Positions 29,660 through 36,594 of a stretch of DNA of 64,000 bases are shown here, one piece after another. Each line of letters begins with the position of its first letter. Positions within the stretch are counted from its first letter, which is position 1. The notes under the pieces were generated by a model. The model was given only the letters and a program-made list of their open reading frames with translations, did no database searches and was not told where the DNA came from. The position numbers and the translations under genes were made by a program. This stretch comes from a virus (taxonomy: Duplodnaviria; Caudoviricetes). The stretch lies in IMG/VR virus record IMGVR_UViG_3300021400_000095. The stretch is one strand, 5' to 3'.

Positions 29660-29729
29660 AGAAAACATACAGCAAAATTTATTTTGTAAAATTTGAATTT
29701 GGGTTTCAAACTGAAAAAAATGTTTTCTG
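29660..29729 (+). ncRNA. CAGCAA-scaffold RNA 1 (Pro UGG loop)
   Basis: AGAAAACA-TACAGCAA...TTTGAA-TTTGGGT-TTCAAA...TGTTTTCT-G. Confidence 0.75.
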
Positions 29730-29737
29730 TAAAATAT

Positions 29738-29808
29738 TGAAATGTCGTTCAAAGGTAGGACTCAGGATTTTGGTCCCTGCAATGTAGGTTCGATTCCTAC
29801 CATTTCAA
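29738..29808 (+). tRNA. tRNA-Gln(TTG)
   Basis: CAGGA-TTTTGGT-CCCTG. Confidence 0.9.
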
Positions 29809-29889
29809 CAAAGTTTTTTGAAAATTATACTGACTTTTTAAAATCTTGGCATGATTTTTGAATAACTAACATTAGTTCTTTGATTTAAT

Positions 29890-30414
29890 GCATCAGTAGC
29901 TCAGTTGGACAGAGCAACAGCCTTTAAGTGATTGATTTTCAATCAAATAGGAGTGTACTTAAGGAAACTTAAGATATAGAACTTTCCAAATTAGGTGAAG
30001 GCTAAGTACAGTGGGAACCTCACAGTGTAGGTTTTAAAAGGATGATAACCCACATGAGTATATGCTAATACCTAGCCAATGTCCCTGATATTCTAAAACA
30101 AAACATTCAAGTGAGAAGTGTGTGTCTTCTCAGAATATTAGACAGTGTGTAGAGACTAGATGGAAAGAACCTAAGTTGAAATATTAATGTGTACAGGTGG
30201 AAGCAGACCACATAAAAACTTAATGCTTTAAAAGACATTAATTACTTGCAAGATTTCAATATGGTTAAGGTATAGTCCAGACTACAAACATTAACTTGTT
30301 GGAGGAAGTAACTTGATGAAACCTTAAAAAATCTAATCCAATTAATAATGTGATAGTGAAAACTATTGTAGTAGGCTAAGCTGTGGGTCCTGGGTTCGAA
30401 TCCCAGCTGATGTA
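29890..30414 (+). tRNA. tRNA-Arg(TCT) interrupted by a group I intron
   Basis: Exons 29890-29924 and 30376-30414 join to ACAGC-CTTCTAA-GCTGT. Confidence 0.9.
29925..30375 (+). mobile_element. Group I self-splicing intron (IC3-like), no ORF
   Basis: Follows U34, ends in G; IGS TAGGAG 29948-53; P/Q/R/S-like AAATTAGGTGAA, GCTAATACCTAGC, GTAGAGACTAGATGG, AAGGTATAGTCC. Confidence 0.9.
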
Positions 30415-30509
30415 CAAAAAAAAATTAAAAAGTTCATTGACAAGTTTGGTAAATACAATAATCTATTTTGTAGATATGTGATATTGAAATAAAATAGTTG
30501 ACCTCAATG

Positions 30510-30632
30510 GCTATAATTGTTAAGTGGCTGAAAACAGTGGTCTTACCCTAAAGTACTGATATGGGGAAAACCACAATGTTAAATATAAAGTGCTGTATTT
30601 AACACACATTGGTTCAAATCCAATTTATAGCA
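30510..30632 (+). tRNA. tRNA-Leu(TAA)-like (alternatively Ser TGA) with a 21-nt insertion in the anticodon loop
   Basis: GCTATAA/TTATAGC-A; GTGGT-CTTA[insert]AAA-ACCAC; 11-bp variable arm. Confidence 0.6.
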
Positions 30633-30892
30633 TACTAGAGAGGTTATTTAATAAAACAAATACTGACAGTAGCATTGAATAAATGCTTAACATACTTGAT
30701 TTATGTGTTGAAGTTAACCTTCCTTGTAACATTTAACACTAAATAAGTTCACAGTAGCAAAGTAATCTGAGGTGGGTTCCGGCCAGCGGACTGGTATAAG
30801 CAAGAAGAGAGGAATACATAGTTTAATTAAAACAATTAGTGGTCATATATGTTAATGGTGACAGAGTTCAGAATAAGTTTTATTTTTTTATT

Positions 30893-30979
30893 GGAGAGGT
30901 GGCAGAGTGGTCTATTGCATCGGTCTTGAAAACCGAAGTCCTTGTAAGGGGACCCAGGGTTCGAATCCCTGCCTCTCCG
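30893..30979 (+). tRNA. tRNA-Ser(TGA)
   Basis: TCGGT-CTTGAAA-ACCGA, long variable arm, G73. Confidence 0.95.
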
Positions 30980-30985
30980 CATAGA

Positions 30986-31065
30986 AGAAAACATACAGCA
31001 AATTATAATTTAATGAATTTAATGCTATTGAAATTTGGGATTTTCAAACAAAAAAATGTTTTCTG
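30986..31065 (+). ncRNA. CAGCAA-scaffold RNA 2 (Pro UGG loop)
   Basis: AGAAAACA-TACAGCAA...TTGAAA-TTTGGGAT-TTTCAA...TGTTTTCT-G. Confidence 0.75.
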
Positions 31066-31071
31066 TTATTT

Positions 31072-31145
31072 ACCTCATTAGCCCAATTGGAAGAGGCAAT
31101 AGGTTTAGGGCCTATTAAGTGTGAGTTCAAATCTCACATGAGGTA
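31072..31145 (+). tRNA. tRNA-Leu(TAG), short variable loop
   Basis: ATAGG-TTTAGGG-CCTAT. Confidence 0.85.
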
Positions 31146-31407
31146 CTGATAATCAAATTGTTATCACAAAATTTGCTACTTTTTCATGGCCAATGAAAAT
31201 GAAGCAAAAATATTGATAAAATATTGAAAATTAAAAACTTCCTGGTCTAGAAATAGACAAAAATAGCATTAGAACAATGGGCAACCTAGGAATGTCACAT
31301 TGTACTTGCTGGGTGGATATAATTGAATGTGCACTTGATGAATAACACCCCATAGGCTTAATCCTTAATAAATTGGGACAGATGGATGGAAGTTTTTTTC
31401 TAAAAAT

Positions 31408-31481
31408 AGGGTAGTAGTTCAGTTGGCTAGAACACTTGGTTTGGGACCAAGGGGTCGCAGGTTCGAGTCCTGTCTACCCTA
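31408..31481 (+). tRNA. tRNA-Pro(TGG)
   Basis: CTTGG-TTTGGGA-CCAAG. Confidence 0.93.
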
Positions 31482-31692
31482 CCTAATCATTTAATAATTA
31501 ATTACTTAGGTGGTTCAAAAAGTCATTAAACTGCTGTGGGGGTTAGACTTCCCCCTTTGTGTGAAAAATATATTAATACTATTTTATATTAAACTCTGAA
31601 AAGACAAGCTGCAACTTGTTGAAGTAAGTGGGCTTTTATTATTTTAATGTTCTATGTTGCAGAATACTATATTAAACTAATAAAAGAAAAAA

Positions 31693-31759
31693 TTTCTTGT
31701 AAGTCTCAGTGGAAGAGCTACCCATGGGGTGGTCATTGGTTCGAATCCAATCAGGGAAC
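31693..31759 (+). ncRNA. tRNA-like RNA with shrunken anticodon loop
   Basis: TTTCTTG/CAGGGAA, D-like CTCAGTGGAAGAG, TACCC-ATG-GGGTG, ATTGG-TTCGAAT-CCAAT. Confidence 0.6.
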
Positions 31760-31765
31760 AAATTA

Positions 31766-31837
31766 AGGAAACATACAGCAAACAACATTTAAGCCTCAAA
31801 CTTTTAATTTGAAAATGCTAAATAATTTAGTTTCCTG
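31766..31837 (+). ncRNA. CAGCAA-scaffold RNA 3 (Lys UUU loop)
   Basis: AGGAAAC-ATACAGCAA...TCAAA-CTTTTAA-TTTGA...GTTTCCT-G (compensatory pair). Confidence 0.8.
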
Positions 31838-31919
31838 TAAATCTTAACCTTGGATGAAATCATTAGTATATTCCTATCATTGCTAACAGAAAGTAAAGAA
31901 GAGCCAAGGTTTTTTTAAT

Positions 31920-31990
31920 AGGAGTATGGTGTAATGGTAGCATCCGACTCTCCAAAAGTCTAGGCCTCTGTTCGACTCGGAGTACTCCTG
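31920..31990 (+). tRNA. tRNA-Trp(CCA)
   Basis: GACT-CTCCAAA-AGTC. Confidence 0.9.
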
Positions 31991-32014
31991 CATCAGTTTT
32001 TAATTATTGTTTTT

Positions 32015-32087
32015 GGAGGTCTGGCAGAGGTGGTCTATGCACTGGACTGAAAATCCAGAGAACCCAGTTCAACTCTGGGGGCCTCCA
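32015..32087 (+). tRNA. tRNA-Phe(GAA)
   Basis: CTGGA-CTGAAAA-TCCAG. Confidence 0.93.
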
Positions 32088-32102
32088 CAACAAAAAAAGG
32101 AA

Positions 32103-32175
32103 GACTCCATAGCTCAGTTGGTAGAGCACCACACTTTTAATGTGGGGGTCACGAGTTCGAGCCTCGTTGGGGTCA
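32103..32175 (+). tRNA. tRNA-Lys(TTT)
   Basis: CCACA-CTTTTAA-TGTGG. Confidence 0.95.
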
Positions 32176-32433
32176 CAAAAGCAATGTTGGCAAATCCAAT
32201 TGCTTTTTCTTAAGAGAAAATAACCTTTTCACATTTATTGGTTGTATGTGAATAAATTACTGATGTATTTTAAAAACCAATATGTATCAGTATCTGCAAA
32301 GTTTAAGGGTATCTTTGTAACTAAAAGTTAAAACTGTTTGGTTTTTCTTGTAAAACTGGTTTCCAAGCATCTGTTCAACAGTCAGTACCTTTCTGGATGA
32401 ATCATATTGCAGGTTAAAAATGATTCATCACAT

Positions 32434-32505
32434 GCAGAGTTAGTACAATGGTTAGTATGCCAGCCTTCCAAGCTGGATATGAGGGTTCAATTCCCTTACT
32501 CTGCT
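32434..32505 (+). tRNA. tRNA-Gly(TCC)
   Basis: CCAGC-CTTCCAA-GCTGG. Confidence 0.93.
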
Positions 32506-32528
32506 CAAAGTCATAAAGTGCCCAGGGC

Positions 32529-32591
32529 ATGGAAGTATTGCAGGTTGATACTTTTAATATTTAAACTTAGGTTCGAGCCCAGGCCATGCAG
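32529..32591 (+). pseudogene. Degenerate tRNA-like element
   Basis: GCATGG/CCATGC ends and a GGTTCGAGCC T loop, poor internal arms. Confidence 0.35.
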
Positions 32592-32626
32592 CAAGCAATA
32601 CTTTATGAAACAAAATATTTTTCAAT

Positions 32627-33000
32627 GGGGGTGTTCTTGGTTTTGACACATAACAACCAATAAACAAGCATGTAGTGCTTTGTATGTAGGCACTTAAATA
32701 TTAACATTCAACAATTAACTGGCAATTATGCTTATTCTTTTGCTTATTAATCAATACAAGGTATCTGATTAAAACAAATCACAAGGTGATTTGGGCAAAC
32801 ATCTTATAAAGATATTTTCTTTGTTATTGTCTTTAATTATTAAGGTGTCATCTTAAACAAAGTGGTATCCAAACAGGGGTTCAATGAATAACATTTTGTT
32901 TGTACAATTACAAGGTTATTCTTTTAATGAAATTGTACTAAACATGTAGAAACTTTTGAGGAACTTATGTTGGACAGTGGTTCAACTCCACTCACCTCCA
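32627..33000 (+). ncRNA. ssrA: tmRNA; tag ORF 32721-32750 (A)GNYAYSFAY
   Basis: 5' GGGGGTG..GGTTTTGAC; 3' GGACAGTGG-TTCAACT-CCACT-CACCTCCA with G3:U70; TAACT-GGC resume context. Confidence 0.9.
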
Positions 33001-33541
33001 CTTTTTCTTGTTTTTTTGAATATTTATCTGTATATTTGCAGTGTATTTGTTCTTTGACAAGTTTGTAGTAACATAAATATTTGGTTTAGTAAATGTACAC
33101 CCAAATATACCATGCAAACAGGACTATTTGCTAAGGTCTCTTTAAAAACATTTACAGTTGAGTTAACAACTCATGTTAGCATAAGTAAACACATTTATAG
33201 TCCAATGTCTATAGGGTTTCTAACAGCTATTACAATAGTGTTGGTCTTTTCCTATTTTTTTTTTTGAAATTGATTAATAAAAAAAGATAGTGGTTTTTGG
33301 TGATTTTGGCCTATTGTCTTCTTACTTTGGATTAGTAAGTTTTTGAAAAACCCCAGGTTTTTGGCTTTTTTTACCCCTGTACTACTTCAAAAACAAAAAG
33401 AAATGAAAAATCTTTATCCCCATAAGTTTAATCCAACTAATTTGGAGGATAAAAAAACAATAGGTTTTCATTACTGGTTGTGGTAGATACCAAGTCTTTT
33501 CCTATTTTTTTTGAAATATAATAAACCACACAAAAGGTTTA

Positions 33542-33674
33542 AGAAAACATGCAGCAATTTTAAATAAAATTAATTTGTCTGTAATACAAAAGATGGTGGG
33601 TTCAAATCCCCCATAAAGAAGTTTGTGGTCCTTCTTTATTAGTTTAATGGTGAGAACTAAAATTTTGTTTTCTG
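33542..33674 (+). ncRNA. CAGCAA-scaffold RNA 4: circularly permuted tRNA-Tyr-like domain
   Basis: Stem-TGCAGCAA, TTTGT-CTGTAAT-ACAAA, T arm, closed acceptor ATAAAGAAG/CTTCTTTAT, D arm, stem. Confidence 0.8.
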
Positions 33675-33691
33675 TAAAATACCTTATATTT

Positions 33692-33766
33692 GGGAGCTTA
33701 GCTCAGTTGGTTCAGAGCATTTGCCTTACAAGCAAAGGGTCGATGGTTCGAATCCATCAGTTCCCA
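33692..33766 (+). tRNA. tRNA-Val(TAC)
   Basis: TTTGC-CTTACAA-GCAAA. Confidence 0.95.
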
Positions 33767-33912
33767 CAAGAGATACTTGGAGAAGGTACAAGGTAGTTAA
33801 TGCATCAATGGCTACAATCATGGCCTCCATGATAAGAGATAGTTTATGAATTTGAAAACACCAAGTAACAACATGTAGAGGTTGCAAACTCTATATGGCT
33901 CTAATCTTAACA

Positions 33913-34025
33913 AGAAAAGTAACAGCAAAATTTGAAGTTTTTAGATGAGTCATAAGATGATATGTATAGTGAAAACTATATGGGGTCTGAATCCCCAACT
34001 TACCCCAAACTAAAATTCTTTTCTG
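33913..34025 (+). ncRNA. CAGCAA-scaffold RNA 5 (variable-arm and T-arm-like hairpins)
   Basis: AGAAAAG-TAACAGCAA...TATAG-TGAAAA-CTATA, GGGG-TCTGAAT-CCCC...CTTTTCT-G (compensatory pair). Confidence 0.7.
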
Positions 34026-34041
34026 TTTTAAAGTATAAAAT

Positions 34042-34119
34042 GGTGTGTTAGTTCAGCCTGGTTAGAATGCCACACTGTCACTGTGGAGGTCATGGGTTCG
34101 AGTCCCATACATACCGCCA
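34042..34119 (+). tRNA. tRNA-Asp(GTC)
   Basis: CCACA-CTGTCAC-TGTGG, encoded CCA. Confidence 0.95.
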
Positions 34120-34121
34120 AA

Positions 34122-34214
34122 AGAAAACTTACAGCAATTTATGTTGGATAAAATAAAAAATCTCTAAACTTTTTTATGAAATGGTTCAAATCCATTAAAA
34201 CTAATAGTTTTCTG
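34122..34214 (+). ncRNA. CAGCAA-scaffold RNA 6 (amber CUA loop + T arm)
   Basis: AGAAAACT-TACAGCAA...ATAAAAAA-tCTCTAAAc-TTTTTTAT, AATGG-TTCAAAT-CCATT...AGTTTTCT-G. Confidence 0.75.
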
Positions 34215-34228
34215 TTTATTTTTAAACT

Positions 34229-34301
34229 GGGGGATTAGCTCAGTTGGCAGAGCACAACATTTGCAATGTTGGGGTCAGGGGTTCAAATCCCCTATCCTCC
34301 A
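34229..34301 (+). tRNA. tRNA-Ala(TGC)
   Basis: CAACA-TTTGCAA-TGTTG, G3:U70. Confidence 0.95.
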
Positions 34302-34335
34302 CTAAATCAATTAATTACAATATTGTAATTATATT

Positions 34336-34410
34336 CATGCCATCGTATAATTGGTTAGTACCCTGCCCTTTCACGGCAGAAATGTTGGGGTTCGAGTCCC
34401 CCTGGCATGA
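34336..34410 (+). tRNA. tRNA-Glu(TTC), second copy
   Basis: CTGCC-CTTTCAC-GGCAG. Confidence 0.9.
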
Positions 34411-34425
34411 CAAATTTTTAGTACA

Positions 34426-35364
34426 ATGTCAAAATATGATATTTTATTTAGTGAAAAAGAGAAAGAGAACATAATTAAAGATTATGTTGAAAACTTATTA
34501 TCAATTAAAGAAATTTGTTTTAAATATAGTATAAAAAACAAACAATGGTTATGCAAAAAACTTTTAAAAGGAAAAACAAGAAGTTATAATGAATCTTGTA
34601 AAATTGCACATAAAAAATATCCAGAAAAATTCTTACATACAGAAGAAACAAAAAAATTAATGAGACAAAAAAGGCTTGATTTTATGAAAAATCATCCTGA
34701 AGAAACTGCTTGGAGAAAAAGAAACAAACCTTCATATCCTGAGCAATGTTTTATTGATTTTTTAAATGAATATGGATATTCTGACAAATATTTAATTGAA
34801 AGAGAAAAAAGTATATTTCCATATTTCATTGATTTTGCTTTTAATGATTTAAAGATTGCAGTTGAAATTGATGGTTCACAACATTATCTAGAGGAAGATA
34901 GAATTAAAAGGGATAAGAAGAAAGATGAACTATTAATTTCTTTAGGATGGTCAATATTAAGAATTTCAGCAATTTCTTTAGTCAATAAAGAATTTAAAGA
35001 AATTGATAAAAAGTTATCTGAAATCATAGTTTCTGTTAAAACTGTAGTACAACCATTACAAGTTGGTTTAATAAAGAAAATAAAGGGGAAGAAAAGACTA
35101 TCAAAAAATGGTAAATGGTATGTAAATTACAGAGAAAAATCTGAAAAATATTCAGATAACCAAACAATTAAGCAATATGAAAATTCATTAAGACAGAGAA
35201 AAGTTAAAGACAGACCATCAAAAGAAGAATTATTTGAAATGATGTCAACACAGACATTTAAATCAATTGCTGAAAAATATGGTGTTTCAACAAATGCTAT
35301 TCAAAAATGGTGTAAGGCATATGGGATACCACATAGGAAAAGAGATTACAATAATTTGGGATAG
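34426..35364 (+). CDS. DUF559/Vsr-like PD-(D/E)xK endonuclease, free-standing homing-endonuclease-like
   Basis: HTEETKK (NUMOD3-like), YFIDFA, AVEIDGSQH, RDKKKD..L...GW.ILR, C-terminal HTH. Confidence 0.85.
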   Translation: MSKYDILFSEKEKENIIKDYVENLLSIKEICFKYSIKNKQWLCKKLLKGKTRSYNESCKIAHKKYPEKFLHTEETKKLMRQKRLDFMKNHPEETAWRKRNKPSYPEQCFIDFLNEYGYSDKYLIEREKSIFPYFIDFAFNDLKIAVEIDGSQHYLEEDRIKRDKKKDELLISLGWSILRISAISLVNKEFKEIDKKLSEIIVSVKTVVQPLQVGLIKKIKGKKRLSKNGKWYVNYREKSEKYSDNQTIKQYENSLRQRKVKDRPSKEELFEMMSTQTFKSIAEKYGVSTNAIQKWCKAYGIPHRKRDYNNLG

Positions 35365-35437
35365 TGCTGGAACTGGTATACAGGCATGCCTAAGGAGCAT
35401 GTGGAGATTTCCATGTGGGTTCAAATCCCCTACCCCA
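35358..35437 (+). tRNA. tRNA-Leu(AAG), long variable arm, defective T stem (possible pseudogene)
   Basis: CATGC-CTAAGGA-GCATG; 3' T-stem strand ~2 nt short; overlaps the endonuclease stop. Confidence 0.6.
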
Positions 35438-35568
35438 TACAAATGAGATACAACATAACAATATAAGTTATTAGAAAAATAATAATATGGGTATATCACC
35501 CATAGTTTAAGTCCCCTCCAAAAAGGCAGAACAATTATTTTAATAATATAATAACAAAATTAATAATT

Positions 35569-35778
35569 ATGGGGTACTTTGTTTTAATTTTTGGTTTCTT
35601 ATTCACATTTATTGCAACAATAATCAAGGTGAATAAGACTTACATTCCAAAGACTGATTGTTCTACAGACATCAAGGATGCTAAGAGCAATTTGATTCAC
35701 ATGAGAACTTTCTTTATACTTGGACCAAGTTTAATTGTAATAAGTATTATACTTATTATTTTAGGTGTAGGATTATAA
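35569..35778 (+). CDS. Small membrane protein
   Basis: Two hydrophobic helices. Confidence 0.6.
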   Translation: MGYFVLIFGFLFTFIATIIKVNKTYIPKTDCSTDIKDAKSNLIHMRTFFILGPSLIVISIILIILGVGL

Positions 35779-35826
35779 AGGAAATGTAATATGAATGGGT
35801 ACAAGATGAACTTCTTGTACCATTTT

Positions 35827-35900
35827 ACCCCCTTAGCCCAATTGGAAGAGGCAATAGGTTAAGGACCTATTCAGTGTGAGTTCAAATCTCACAGGGGGTA
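35827..35900 (+). tRNA. tRNA-Leu(AAG), short variable loop
   Basis: ATAGG-TTAAGGA-CCTAT; body near-identical to 28820 and 31072. Confidence 0.85.
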
Positions 35901-35918
35901 CAAATAATATAAATATAT

Positions 35919-36036
35919 TGGGAGGTAGCTCAGTTGGTTAGAGCAGAGTATTTATGTTTTTAGTAACAGAAACTTACAGCAATATTTACAATGCATTTGG
36001 AGCCTCAGGTCATAGGTTCAAGTCCTATCCTCCCAA
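35919..36036 (+). ncRNA. tRNA body with the CAGCAA scaffold inserted in the anticodon arm (scaffold RNA 7)
   Basis: TGGGAGG/CCTCCCA, canonical D and T arms; internal GTTTTT-agtaac-AGAAAC-TTACAGCAA, then GC-ATTTGGA-GC. Confidence 0.75.
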
Positions 36037-36041
36037 CAAAT

Positions 36042-36119
36042 GGACATGTAGCTCAGTTGGTTTAGAGCATTTGACTGATATTCAAAAGGTCACAGGTTCA
36101 ACTCCTGTCTTGTCCACCA
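36042..36119 (+). tRNA. tRNA-Ile(GAT)
   Basis: TTTGA-CTGATAT-TCAAA, encoded CCA. Confidence 0.9.
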
Positions 36120-36250
36120 AGATAACCTTTCATTGGTCTAGCTAGGTGAAAGGAGAACTAATTTTATGCTGATAGTTTGAAAGCACACAAGTAGAACAGT
36201 TAGCAAAATAAGGTTGTAAAAAGTTGGTGAAAACCCATTATCTTGACCAT

Positions 36251-36323
36251 GCAGTAATATATCAATTGGTAGATAGTCTGCTTGCCATGCAGAAGGTTGA
36301 GAGTTCGAGTCTCTTTTACTGCT
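36251..36323 (+). tRNA. tRNA-Gly(GCC)
   Basis: TCTGC-TTGCCAT-GCAGA. Confidence 0.92.
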
Positions 36324-36455
36324 CAAAGAGTAACGGACAAGGCTTAGGAGTATGATTAATGTTAAAGGAAGGAGTTTATTAACAAACATTTTTACTTCTT
36401 AATAATCATTAAAACAAGACTGTGGGATGCGAGTGGTTACTTTTTTTATTTAAAT

Positions 36456-36530
36456 GGGGATTATGGTGTAATGGTAGCATGTATGATTGTGGTTCATCAG
36501 GTCACAGTTCGAGCCTGTGTTTTCCCCCCA
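36456..36530 (+). tRNA. tRNA-His(GTG)
   Basis: ATGA-TTGTGGT-TCAT; G-1/C73; two acceptor mismatches; CCA. Confidence 0.75.
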
Positions 36531-36594
36531 TAAAAAATTATTTTTTTTTAGAAAAATTTGTTTATTTAAAATAATATTTATATATTTGTAGAGA

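Noticed and set aside
29925-30375. Intron-encoded homing endonuclease
   Set aside because: No ORF of 60 aa or more inside the intron.
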